DNA of 21,373 nucleotides, filler included, from Angustibacter luteus (GTDB taxonomy: Bacteria > Actinomycetota > Actinomycetes > Actinomycetales > Angustibacteraceae): assembly GCF_039541115.1 (NCBI RefSeq). It is 4 parts of 4 records of this genome, joined end to end, with 100 filler letters (N's around TTAATTAATTAA, not from the genome) between each part and the next. Parts side by side here need not be neighbours in the genome. Positions count along the whole stretch, not along the records: positions 6,282 to 9,180 come from NZ_BAABFP010000006.1; positions 9,281 to 21,373 come from NZ_BAABFP010000009.1; 2 more parts are not named here. One strand, given 5' to 3'. A model generated the notes under the pieces. It saw nothing but the letters and a program-made list of their open reading frames with translations. It searched no databases and was not told the DNA's origin. The position numbers and the translations under genes are program-made. Shown piece by piece: positions 7,330 to 15,353 of the stretch (position 1 is the stretch's first letter; each line of letters opens with the position of its first letter).

Positions 7330-9078
7330 TCAGTACGTGAAGCGGGAGATCCTGGCGCGCAGCTGCTCGGCCATCGTGGAGAGCTGGGCGACCGCCGCTC
7401 GGGAGGTGGCCAGCGCCTCGGTCGTGGACGCCGACGCCGCGGCCACCCCACCGATGTTCGAGGCGATCTCGCCGGACCCCGACGCCGCCTGGGTCACGTT
7501 CCGGGTCATCTCCTGCGTGGTGGCGGTCTGTTCCTCCACCGCCGAGGCGATCGTCAGCTGGTAGTCGTTGATCGAGGCGATGATGGCGCCGATCTCCTCG
7601 ACCGCGGCGACCGCGGCGACCGTGTCGGTCTGGATGGACGCGACGCGGCGGGCGATGTCACCCGTCGCCGCTGCGGTCTCGCGCGCCAGCTCCTTCACCT
7701 CGCCGGCCACCACCGCAAAGCCCTTGCCCGCCTCACCCGCCCGAGCCGCCTCGATCGTCGCGTTCAGCGCCAGCAGGTTCGTCTGCTGGGCGATCGAGGT
7801 GATCAGCTTGACGACGTTGCCGATCTCGACGGAGCTGGACCCGAGCTGGGTGACAGAGGCGGTGGTGGACTCGACCACCGTCACGGCGTCCGCAGCGACC
7901 CGCGCAGCCTCGTTGGCGGACACCGCGATCTCGCGGATGGCCGAGCCCAGCTCCTCGGAACCGGCGGCGACGGTCTGGACGTTGTGCGACACCTGCTCAG
8001 CCGCCGCGGCGACGACGCCGGCCTGCACCGACGCCTCCTCCGCGCCGGCAGCGACGGCTTCACCCGAGGCGGACAGCTCCGCAGACGAGGCGGCCACCTG
8101 CTCGACCGAGTCCACGACCTGCTCGACGACGACACGCACGGACTCCTGTGCCTCGTTCAACGCTGCGGCCATCTGGCCGACCTCGTCGCGCCCGGCCACG
8201 GCCGAGCGGGCCGTCAGATCGCCGCCCGCCATGGCCACCAGGCTGTCCCGCACGGCGCCGACCCGGCGCACGATGCCAGCGGAGACCAGCGAGGCTGCGA
8301 CCGCGACGACCAGGCCGGCACCACCGACCACGACCAGGACGACCAGCCGGGCTCGCCGGGCGTCGGCCGTGGCGCGGCTGACCTCGCCGTCCACCCGCTT
8401 CGCCACCGAGATGACGAGCGCGTCGGTGGCATCGAGAATCTGCCGGTAGGTGTTGCGCTCGGGTCCGAGGATCGTGCTCTCGGCCCGGTCGACCGACTGG
8501 GCGTCGCCCAGCGAGTACATCGTCTTGATGGAGTCGTCCGTGGCGAAGAACTCGTTCCACAGCACCGACATCCGGTTGAAGGCCGCGTGCTCGTCGTCCG
8601 TCATGTCGGCCGTCGGCATGTGCGCCAACGTGTTCCGCACCGAGTCGGCGGCCTTGAGGTAGTTGGCCCGGCTCTCACTGCCATCGGCCAGCGCCACCGC
8701 CGGTGTGCGCCGCCGTGCGTCCCAGGCGTACGACGCCTGCCAGCCGAGGATGTCCGCGTTCGCGAAGCGCACCTCCTGCAGCTGCGAGGACAGCATCTGC
8801 AGCCGTTCGAGGCGCTGCGTGGTCGCGGCGAGGTCGCCGAGCGCGACGAACGCGCTACCACCGACCAGGACGGCGGACAGGACCCCGACACCGCCGACGG
8901 CGAGGATCTTGCTGCGCAACCCCAACCCACGCCGACCGGCCACCGGCCGGGACGAGCGACGTAGAGCCGAGCGACGAAGAGCCGGGCGCGGAAGTCGGCC
9001 CAGCCCGGCAGCGGCGCGCGCCAGCGACCGGCGTACCGGCACGGCAGGAGTGCGCAGCAGGCGCGGGATGCGGGGCAT
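7330..9078 (-). CDS. Methyl-accepting chemotaxis protein MCP-C (complete)
   Basis: TM-sensor-TM-HAMP plus signalling hairpin [46 protein letters not shown] 7 nt before the ATG. Confidence 0.96.
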   Translation of the reverse strand: MPRIPRLLRTPAVPVRRSLARAAAGLGRLPRPALRRSALRRSSRPVAGRRGLGLRSKILAVGGVGVLSAVLVGGSAFVALGDLAATTQRLERLQMLSSQLQEVRFANADILGWQASYAWDARRRTPAVALADGSESRANYLKAADSVRNTLAHMPTADMTDDEHAAFNRMSVLWNEFFATDDSIKTMYSLGDAQSVDRAESTILGPERNTYRQILDATDALVISVAKRVDGEVSRATADARRARLVVLVVVGGAGLVVAVAASLVSAGIVRRVGAVRDSLVAMAGGDLTARSAVAGRDEVGQMAAALNEAQESVRVVVEQVVDSVEQVAASSAELSASGEAVAAGAEEASVQAGVVAAAAEQVSHNVQTVAAGSEELGSAIREIAVSANEAARVAADAVTVVESTTASVTQLGSSSVEIGNVVKLITSIAQQTNLLALNATIEAARAGEAGKGFAVVAGEVKELARETAAATGDIARRVASIQTDTVAAVAAVEEIGAIIASINDYQLTIASAVEEQTATTQEMTRNVTQAASGSGEIASNIGGVAAASASTTEALATSRAAVAQLSTMAEQLRARISRFTY

Positions 9079-9120
9079 CAGCGGGCTCCTCGGACGTCGT
9101 CGTCTGGTCGGACTGTGGTG

Positions 9121-9180
9121 TCAGTAGGTGAAGCGGGCGATCTGGGTGCGGAGCTGGGCCGCCATCACCGACAGCTCCTC
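9121..9180 (-). CDS. 3' end (partial) of an MCP gene; identical-tail copy 2
   Basis: Reads EELSVMAAQLRTQIARFTY*; 42 nt upstream of the MCP-C start. Confidence 0.85.
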   Translation of the reverse strand, partial: EELSVMAAQLRTQIARFTY

Positions 9181-9280
9181 NNNNNNNNNNNNNNNNNNNN
9201 NNNNNNNNNNNNNNNNNNNNNNNNTTAATTAATTAANNNNNNNNNNNNNNNNNNNNNNNNNNNNNNNNNNNNNNNNNNNN
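9181..9280. other. Artificial contig-joining linker
   Basis: N44-TTAATTAATTAA-N44. Confidence 0.97.
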
Positions 9281-9341
9281 CGCACTCGGCGGCCAACCAC
9301 CGGCCAGTCGCGTCCCCAACCTGTGTGGTCAGTACAGCTAG
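9281..9341 (+). mobile_element. Right end of an IS481-family insertion sequence (transposase C-terminus, terminal IR ending at 9336, GCTAGC target)
   Basis: The frame from 9282 reads ALGGQPPASRVPNLCGQYS*, a typical IS481-family transposase ending. The element end reads TGTACTGACC on the minus strand and abuts an NCTAGN target that supplies the TAG stop. The contig breaks here, as expected for a multicopy element. Confidence 0.8.
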
Positions 9342-9556
9342 CCGGCGTCGTCAGCCGGCTTGCGCCGCCAGATGACATCGATCTCCCACAGCTCCACGGA
9401 ACCGTCGTACGAGCGACGGTGGGCCCTGGCCTGACCGATCTCCTTGTCGACCGGCTGGTCGCCGAAGTACTCGGCGGCCTGGGACGTCGCGTCCTCCAGG
9501 GCGGCCTCCCGGGACGCGCCGATGCCCAGCACCGCGAGGTGCTCGCTCTCCGTCAT
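9338..9556 (-). CDS. Small hypothetical protein (72 aa), possible dodecin-like fold
   Basis: ATG at 9556 with upstream AGGAG/AGGA; coding-like codon usage; beta-alpha-beta-beta pattern LAVLGIGAS-REAALEDATSQAA-...-DGSVELWEIDVIW. Confidence 0.6.
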   Translation of the reverse strand: MTESEHLAVLGIGASREAALEDATSQAAEYFGDQPVDKEIGQARAHRRSYDGSVELWEIDVIWRRKPADDAG

Positions 9557-9667
9557 GGCCCGATCCTGCTCCTGATCACGCCTGTTGCGAAGGGGGTGCA
9601 TCAAAGTGCGGGCCCGCCGCCTCTGACCTGGTGAGTCTTCGCCCGCCTGGAGCAGAAGGAGCCAGCC

Positions 9668-9994
9668 GTGAACAAGCGTCCCGAGGCCAAGGTGATCGCC
9701 GCCGCTACCGGCGCATCGGTGATCAGCGGCCTGATCCTGGGCATCCTCGGCGTGACCGTGTTCGGCGTGCCGTTCGACGCCGACCACTCCGACGCCGCGA
9801 TCAAGGCCGTGCCCGGCTTCCTGTCGCTGGCCATCAGCGGCGGCATCACCTTCCTGCTGGGCTACTACGCGCCGCGCACGAGCGACGCCGAGCGGGACCA
9901 CGGCACCCCGGCGGCGCCGTCCCAGCAGGGCTCGACGGGCGCACACGGCCCGGCGGGTGCGCCGTCCGAGCCGTCGCTCGAGCAGGTCGCCTAG
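9668..9994 (+). CDS. Small two-TM membrane protein, actinobacterial holin-like
   Basis: RBS GAAGGAG; two hydrophobic segments; EAKVIAAATG...ITFLLGYYAPRT resembles the ExKVxAA...GYxAPHT pattern I associate with actinophage holin-like proteins (recognition only). Confidence 0.6.
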   Translation: MNKRPEAKVIAAATGASVISGLILGILGVTVFGVPFDADHSDAAIKAVPGFLSLAISGGITFLLGYYAPRTSDAERDHGTPAAPSQQGSTGAHGPAGAPSEPSLEQVA

Positions 9995-10004
9995 CTGCTC
10001 GTGT

Positions 10005-10389
10005 GCGGACGAGCCAGCCGATACGCCGGGTCCTGTCCCCGCCCGCGGTTACCCACGAGCGGGTGGCGACCATCCATCTCGGCGTGCTGTTGCCAGCACG
10101 CTCCAGCGGTCTACCCGGGAGCTCGGGCGGGCCGCCCTCGATCGCTCCCTGTCTGACCTTGCTCCGGGTGGGGTTTACCGAGCCACCCCCGTCACCGGGG
10201 GTGCTGGTGGTCTCTTACACCACCGTTTCACCCTTACCAGCCCGGCAAGCCGGCCTGGCGGTCTCTTCTCTGTGGCACTGTCCCGCGGGTCACCCCGGGT
10301 GGGCGTTACCCACCACCCTGCCCTGCGGAGCCCGGACGTTCCTCGGCACCGGCGAACCGGTGACGCGGTCGCCTGGCTGACTCGTCCGC
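10005..10389 (-). ncRNA. rnpB: RNase P RNA (bacterial type A)
   Basis: The minus strand contains GAGGAACGUCCGGGCUCC, AGUGCCACAGA, GGGUGAAACGGUGGUGUAAGAG, GGUAAACCCCACCCGGAGCAAGG and ACAGGACCCGGCGUAUC. P1 is formed by GCGGACGAGUCAGCC / GGCUGGCUCGUCCGC. Confidence 0.97.
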
Positions 10390-10395
10390 GCGCTG

Positions 10396-10401
10396 ATCGT
10401 A
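10396..10401 (-). promoter_or_regulatory. -10 box (TACGAT) of the rnpB promoter
   Basis: TANNNT hexamer 6 nt upstream of the P1 5' end. Confidence 0.65.
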
Positions 10402-10426
10402 GCGGTTCCCAGCGCACCGGCTGACA

Positions 10427-10476
10427 CCGATCGTGGCAACGTCGCACCGCCGACGATGCGCCGTTGCCACGATCGG
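10427..10476. terminator. Long stem-loop (terminator or REP-like palindrome) between the hypothetical gene and the rnpB promoter
   Basis: 15-bp perfect arms CCGATCGTGGCAACG / CGTTGCCACGATCGG plus an inner CGCA/TGCG pair. Confidence 0.7.
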
Positions 10477-10489
10477 AGCGGGGGGCGGG

Positions 10490-11593
10490 TCACGGCGCGC
10501 TCCACAGCGCGCCGCCGGTGCCCAGGGCGTAGAGCCGCTCGCCGCTCGTGGCCAGCGCCGCGACCGGTCCCGGCGGCGGTTGCACCGGCCAGGCGGTCGC
10601 GCCGTCCACCCACCAGAGCCGCGGGCCGGCCGTCGTCTCCGCGCTCACCCACGCCCCGGCCACGTGGATCGCGGGTGCGTCGGCCAGCTCCGGCGGGGCG
10701 TCGAGCGACACGGTGCTCGCGCGCCCGTCAGCGCCCAGGTGCCACAGTGCCAGCCGCCCCCGGTCCACGCCGGCCACGCCGGCCACGAGGCAGTCCCGGA
10801 CGGAGCACGAGACGTCGACCGACCTCGACTCACCGGACGACGGCAGCGCGGTACGACTCCACGGCGAGCCCGCGCCCGCCACCCAGAAGGCCGTCGCCTG
10901 ATCGGCCACCCGTCCGCCGCCCAGGTGCGTCGTGGTCCCGGCGACGACGAAACCCTCACCCCGGGCCGCGACGGCGGACGGGGTCGTCAGGTCGCGCGCG
11001 GTGCTGCGCAGGCCGGGCACGACGTCCAGCCGCAGGTACGCAGCCCCGTCGCCCACCCAGACCGCGATCCCGGCCGGCCGGCCACCGGCCGCCCAGGACC
11101 CGACAGCGAGTGTCACCTGCGGTCCGACCGCGAGGTCGGTGACTCCGATGGCACTCGGACCGCCGAACAGCTCGAACGCCTGCGGCGTCTCGTCCAGCCC
11201 GGACGTCGACCCCGCCCACGTGCTGAACCGCGGCAGTCCGTGCGCGCCGCCGAACGCCTCACCGATCGCGGCGACCTGGTCCCCGAGCCGCGCGACCCAG
11301 GCGAGCGCGGCGCGCTCGCCGTAGTACGAGGCCGGGTCCAGCGCGACGGCCTGCCAGTCGCCCTCGGTGGGCACCAGCCACAGCAGCGGCCTCGGGCGGG
11401 CGACCGGTCCGCCCTGCCCGGCCACCAGGAGCGGCTCACCCGACGGCAGGCCGGTCAGCCGGACGTCGGCGGGACCGTCAGCGGGGCGAGCCACGGCGCG
11501 CCAGGCGAGCGCCGCGGGCGGCGTGACCCGGGCCAGCACGGCGAGCAGCCCGGCCGCCACGGCGACGACCACGAGGGCTGCCCGACTGCGCAC
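10490..11593 (-). CDS. Hypothetical exported protein (about 367 aa), Trp/Gly-rich, possibly beta-propeller-like
   Basis: GTG at 11593 lies 2 nt after the permease stop; N-terminal hydrophobic segment AALVVVAVAAGLLAVLA; recurring short strand-Trp motifs. The upstream part of the 669-aa ORF call overlaps the permease in another frame and is rejected. Confidence 0.7.
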   Translation of the reverse strand: MRSRAALVVVAVAAGLLAVLARVTPPAALAWRAVARPADGPADVRLTGLPSGEPLLVAGQGGPVARPRPLLWLVPTEGDWQAVALDPASYYGERAALAWVARLGDQVAAIGEAFGGAHGLPRFSTWAGSTSGLDETPQAFELFGGPSAIGVTDLAVGPQVTLAVGSWAAGGRPAGIAVWVGDGAAYLRLDVVPGLRSTARDLTTPSAVAARGEGFVVAGTTTHLGGGRVADQATAFWVAGAGSPWSRTALPSSGESRSVDVSCSVRDCLVAGVAGVDRGRLALWHLGADGRASTVSLDAPPELADAPAIHVAGAWVSAETTAGPRLWWVDGATAWPVQPPPGPVAALATSGERLYALGTGGALWSAP

Positions 11594-11595
11594 CG

Positions 11596-12993
11596 CTACC
11601 GCACCCGGCGTCGCTTCTTCTGCTGAGGCGCGGTGCCGGTCAGGATCGCGGCGTACCGGCACAGGTGGTAGCCCAGGATCGTCACCAGGCTCCCGAGCGC
11701 GATGCCGGTGAACGCGAACGAGTCGCCGAACTTCAGCGCCATGCCGCCGATCGCGACGACCACGCCGGACGCGACCGGCACCAGGTTGACCGGCTCGCCG
11801 AAGTCCACCTTGTTCACCATCCAGATCCGCACCCCCAACAGGCCGATCATCCCGTACAGCACGACGGTGATCCCCCCGATGACCCCGCCGGGGGTGGCCT
11901 CGATGACGGCGCCGAACTTCGGCGACAGCCCGAGGCCGATCGCGATGACCGCAGCGACGTAGTAGGCGGCCACCGAGTAGACCCGGGTGGCTGCCATGAC
12001 GCCGATGTTCTCCGCGTACGTCGTGGTGGGCGCGCTGCCGACGGCGCTGGCCATGATCGTGGTGAGGCCGTCGGCGGCGAGGGTGCGACCGACGTACGGG
12101 TCGAGGTCGCGGTCCACCATCTCCGAGACCGCCTTGACGTGGCCCACGTTCTCCGCGACGACGGCCACCACGGCCGGCACCACCAGCAGGATGAACAGCC
12201 AGTGGAACTCCGGCAGGTGCCAACCGACGATCGGGGTCCCGTCCGGCGTGACCCCACCGGTGTGCACCGGGAAGCCGAACCACTTCGCCTCGCTGACCTT
12301 CGACAGGTCGACCCGGTCCCGGGTGCGCAGGGTCAGCGTGTTCGGGTCGAGCGAGTTGATCGGCCCGAGCAGCCGGTCCAGCACGAACGACAGCACGAAC
12401 CCGAAGACCAGGCCGAGCAGCACGGCGATCCGCCCGACGAAGCCGCGGCCGGCCACGAGCAGCACCGACACGAAGATCATGGTCGCGAAAGCGACCCACC
12501 CGTCCTGCGGCCAGAACTTCTGCCCCACCAGCGGCGCCAGCGCGAGCCCGATGAGCATGACCACCGCCCCGGTGACCACCGGCGGCAGGACGGCGTCCAC
12601 CACCCGCGCGCCGACGAAGTGCACGATCACGCCGACGGCGGCGAGGACGACGCCGGCCACCAGGATCGAGCCGGTGACGTCGGGCTGCATGCCGCCCTGG
12701 CTGTAGATGGCCGTGGCGCCGCCGACGAACGCGGCGGACGAGCCGAGGTAGCTCGGCACCTTGCCGCGCACGATCAGCAGGAACAGGATCGTCGAGACCC
12801 CGCTGGTCAGGATGGCGAGCTGGGGGTCCAGCCCCATCGCGATCGGGAAGAGGAACGTCGCGCCGAACATGGCCACGACGTGCTGCGCGCCGAACCCGAT
12901 GGTCCGCGGCCAGGACAACCGCTCCTCGGGCAGGACGACGGGCCGCTCACGGAGATGGCGCCCCGTCCGGGGCGCGTTGAAGTCCAACGTCAC
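11596..12993 (-). CDS. NCS2 (nucleobase:cation symporter-2) family uracil/xanthine permease, UraA/RutG/PyrP-like
   Basis: GAQHVVAMFGAT, VPSYLGSSAAF, AENVGHVKAV, NAT motif TTTYAENIGVMAATRVYS, LYGMIG; many TM helices. Confidence 0.93.
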   Translation of the reverse strand: MTLDFNAPRTGRHLRERPVVLPEERLSWPRTIGFGAQHVVAMFGATFLFPIAMGLDPQLAILTSGVSTILFLLIVRGKVPSYLGSSAAFVGGATAIYSQGGMQPDVTGSILVAGVVLAAVGVIVHFVGARVVDAVLPPVVTGAVVMLIGLALAPLVGQKFWPQDGWVAFATMIFVSVLLVAGRGFVGRIAVLLGLVFGFVLSFVLDRLLGPINSLDPNTLTLRTRDRVDLSKVSEAKWFGFPVHTGGVTPDGTPIVGWHLPEFHWLFILLVVPAVVAVVAENVGHVKAVSEMVDRDLDPYVGRTLAADGLTTIMASAVGSAPTTTYAENIGVMAATRVYSVAAYYVAAVIAIGLGLSPKFGAVIEATPGGVIGGITVVLYGMIGLLGVRIWMVNKVDFGEPVNLVPVASGVVVAIGGMALKFGDSFAFTGIALGSLVTILGYHLCRYAAILTGTAPQQKKRRRVR

Positions 12994-13021
12994 GCTGTGT
13001 TCCGCTCTGCTCGGCCGGCCC

Positions 13022-14446
13022 CTACACCGGGGTGAACTCCACGCGCCGGCCGCCGACGTCCGCCGCTACGAGACGGACGCGAAGTGTGGCACCCAACTGG
13101 ACGTCGCCCGAGACGGGTGCCAGCACCGGCGGCTGACGCAATTGAACGATGCCCCCAGGCCCCTTGTCCCGCAGATCCACCACAACACCCTCGAACGCCT
13201 CCCCCACCCGGGGAGCGAGGACCGCCGCCTCGACCGCGTCGGTGCACGCGTGGTCCAGCCGGTTGCCCAGCTGGTCCGAGGCGTTCATCAACCCGGGCAA
13301 CGACTCCAGCGCCTCGCGCACCCACGCGGGCACCGGCTCGTCCTGGCAGAGGGCGGCCGACACGACGAGCCCGAACCGGTCGACCAGCCGGCGCAGCGGT
13401 GCGGTCACGTGCGCGTACTGGTCGGCGACGGCAGCGTGCTCGGTGACCGCGGGGACGTCGCCGTCGAACGGCGTGTACCCCGCGCCGCGGAACAGCGACG
13501 CGGCCTCGTGGATCAGCGCGAGCTCGCGCGGCTCGTCCCGGTCGAGGGCGCGCAGGAAAGCGCCGTACTGCTGCTCAGCGGGCCAGCGGGTGCCGAGCGC
13601 CTGCGCCTGCCGCCGGTAGCGGGCCAGCGCATGGTGGCTGGGCGGTGGCATCGTCCGCAGGATGCCGACCTGACCGGCCAGCATGATGTCGGCGGCGGCC
13701 ATCCCGGTCATCAGCGAGATCTGCGCGTTCCAGTCCGAGATCGCCGAGGGCGGCCGCAGCCGCAGGTCGTAGTGGTCATCGACCCGGACGACCTCCTGCT
13801 CCGGCATCGGCAGGCTCGCGCCGCCGCGCTCGGCCTCCAGCCGCAGCCGGTGCTGGCCGATCTCGCGCAACAGCGACATCCGCGGGTCGCCCTGCGCGGC
13901 CAGCGCCGCGGCGGACTCCTCGTCCAGCCGCTCGACGCTGCGCACCATCGCGCGCCCCACGTCCGCCGAGCGCAGCTCGCCCTCCCGGTCCAGCGCCAGG
14001 TCCCAGACGTAGGCCGGCCGCAGCTGGTTCGGCAGCAGGCTGCCGGCGTCCTCACTGATGGACGTGGGGTGCAGGGGCGTGCGGGTGTCCGGCGAGTACA
14101 GCGTCTGGCCACGGCGGCGCGCCTCGAGGTCGATGACCCCGCCGGGCTCGACGAACGCGGTCAGGTCGGCGATCGCGTACCGCACCCGGTAGCCGTCCCG
14201 CGTCGGTTCGAGGTGCATGGCCTGGTCCAGGTCCATCGACCCGGGCGGGTCCAGCGTGAAGAACGGCAGGTCGCTCAGGTCACGCTCGGGCAGGCGTGGT
14301 TCGCGCACCGCGTCCGCGGCGGCCTGCTCGACCTCGCGCGGGAACCGGTCCGGCAGGCCCAGCTCACCGCGGATGGCCGCGAACACGTCGTCCAGGACCG
14401 GCGCGGCACCGGTGGTGTCGCGCAGCCGGAGCCGTCGCTGGATCAC
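13022..14446 (-). CDS. RNB-domain ribonuclease (RNase II/R family) with C-terminal S1-like domain
   Basis: FFTLDPPGSMDLDQA, YAIAD, ARRRGQTLYSPD, GSLLPNQLRPA and YAHVTAPLRRLVDRF. Confidence 0.92.
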   Translation of the reverse strand: MIQRRLRLRDTTGAAPVLDDVFAAIRGELGLPDRFPREVEQAAADAVREPRLPERDLSDLPFFTLDPPGSMDLDQAMHLEPTRDGYRVRYAIADLTAFVEPGGVIDLEARRRGQTLYSPDTRTPLHPTSISEDAGSLLPNQLRPAYVWDLALDREGELRSADVGRAMVRSVERLDEESAAALAAQGDPRMSLLREIGQHRLRLEAERGGASLPMPEQEVVRVDDHYDLRLRPPSAISDWNAQISLMTGMAAADIMLAGQVGILRTMPPPSHHALARYRRQAQALGTRWPAEQQYGAFLRALDRDEPRELALIHEAASLFRGAGYTPFDGDVPAVTEHAAVADQYAHVTAPLRRLVDRFGLVVSAALCQDEPVPAWVREALESLPGLMNASDQLGNRLDHACTDAVEAAVLAPRVGEAFEGVVVDLRDKGPGGIVQLRQPPVLAPVSGDVQLGATLRVRLVAADVGGRRVEFTPV

Positions 14447-14452
14447 GGCGTC

Positions 14453-14458
14453 ACCCTA
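14453..14458 (-). promoter_or_regulatory. -10 box TAGGGT, likely leaderless promoter for the RNB gene
   Basis: TAGGGT-N6-GTG start with no Shine-Dalgarno. Confidence 0.6.
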
Positions 14459-14540
14459 GCCAGGTTGACGCGTGACGGCAGGCCGGGCATCGGGTTCCGG
14501 CGCCGACCGCCCACCCCCGGCGCCGCGCCGGAGCGCCCCC

Positions 14541-14546
14541 TAGGCT
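14541..14546 (+). promoter_or_regulatory. -10 box TAGGCT, likely leaderless promoter for yaaA
   Basis: TAGGCT-N6-GTG start with no Shine-Dalgarno. Confidence 0.6.
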
Positions 14547-14552
14547 CGGCTG

Positions 14553-15353
14553 GTGCTCGTGCTGCTACCGCCCTCGGAGGGCAAGACCCGCCCGGGACGA
14601 CGGCGGGGGCCGGTGTCGCTGGACGCGCTGTCCTGGCCCGAGCTGACCGACGCCCGCTCGCGGGTGCTGTCCGCCCTCGTCGAGGCCAGTGGACGGCCCG
14701 ACGCGCTGGACGTGCTCGGCGTCGGCGCGTCGCTCGCCGCGGACGTCGAGGCGAACCGCACGCTGCACGTCGCCCCGTCCGCGCCGGCCGGGGAGGTCTA
14801 CAGCGGGGTGCTGTACGACGCGCTGGCCCTGACCGGCCTGTCCCCTGCCGCCCGACGGCGCGCGAACCGCTGGCTGGTGGTGACGTCCGCCCTCTGGGGG
14901 GTCCTGCGGCCCACCGACCGCATCCCGACGTACCGGCTGTCGATGGGGACGACGCTGCCCGGCCTCGGCCCGCTGGCCGGCTACTGGCGTCCGCTGCTCG
15001 ACGAACCCCTCACCGCCGCGGCCGGTCGCGGGCTCGTCGTGGACCTGCGCTCGACGACCTACCAGGCCGCCTGGACGCCGACCGGTCCGGTCGCCGCGCG
15101 CACCGTCGCCGTCCGGGTGCTGCGCGAGACGCAGGGTCGGCGCACCGTCGTGTCGCACATGGCCAAGCACACCCGCGGGCAGGTGTGCCGGGTGCTGCTG
15201 GAGTCCGAGCGCGAAGCGCGCACCCCGCGCGACCTGGCGGAGGTCGTCGGCCGGCGGTGGCGGTGCGAGCTGGTGCCGCCGGCCCAGCCCGGCCGGACCT
15301 GGACGCTGGACGTCGTCATCGACGGCTCGGACGAGGCCGTGGCCGGTGCCTGA
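14553..15353 (+). CDS. yaaA: Peroxide stress protein YaaA (DUF328/UPF0246)
   Basis: MLVLLPPSEGK, YSGVLYDAL, SALWGVLRPTDRIPTYRLSM, VDLRSTTY and VSHMAKHTRG. Confidence 0.92.
   Translation: MLVLLPPSEGKTRPGRRRGPVSLDALSWPELTDARSRVLSALVEASGRPDALDVLGVGASLAADVEANRTLHVAPSAPAGEVYSGVLYDALALTGLSPAARRRANRWLVVTSALWGVLRPTDRIPTYRLSMGTTLPGLGPLAGYWRPLLDEPLTAAAGRGLVVDLRSTTYQAAWTPTGPVAARTVAVRVLRETQGRRTVVSHMAKHTRGQVCRVLLESEREARTPRDLAEVVGRRWRCELVPPAQPGRTWTLDVVIDGSDEAVAGA

Noticed and set aside
9631..10424. ORFs 9631..10380, 9957..10424 and 10175..10447
   Set aside because: They overlap the RNase P RNA gene and are typical spurious translations of rnpB.
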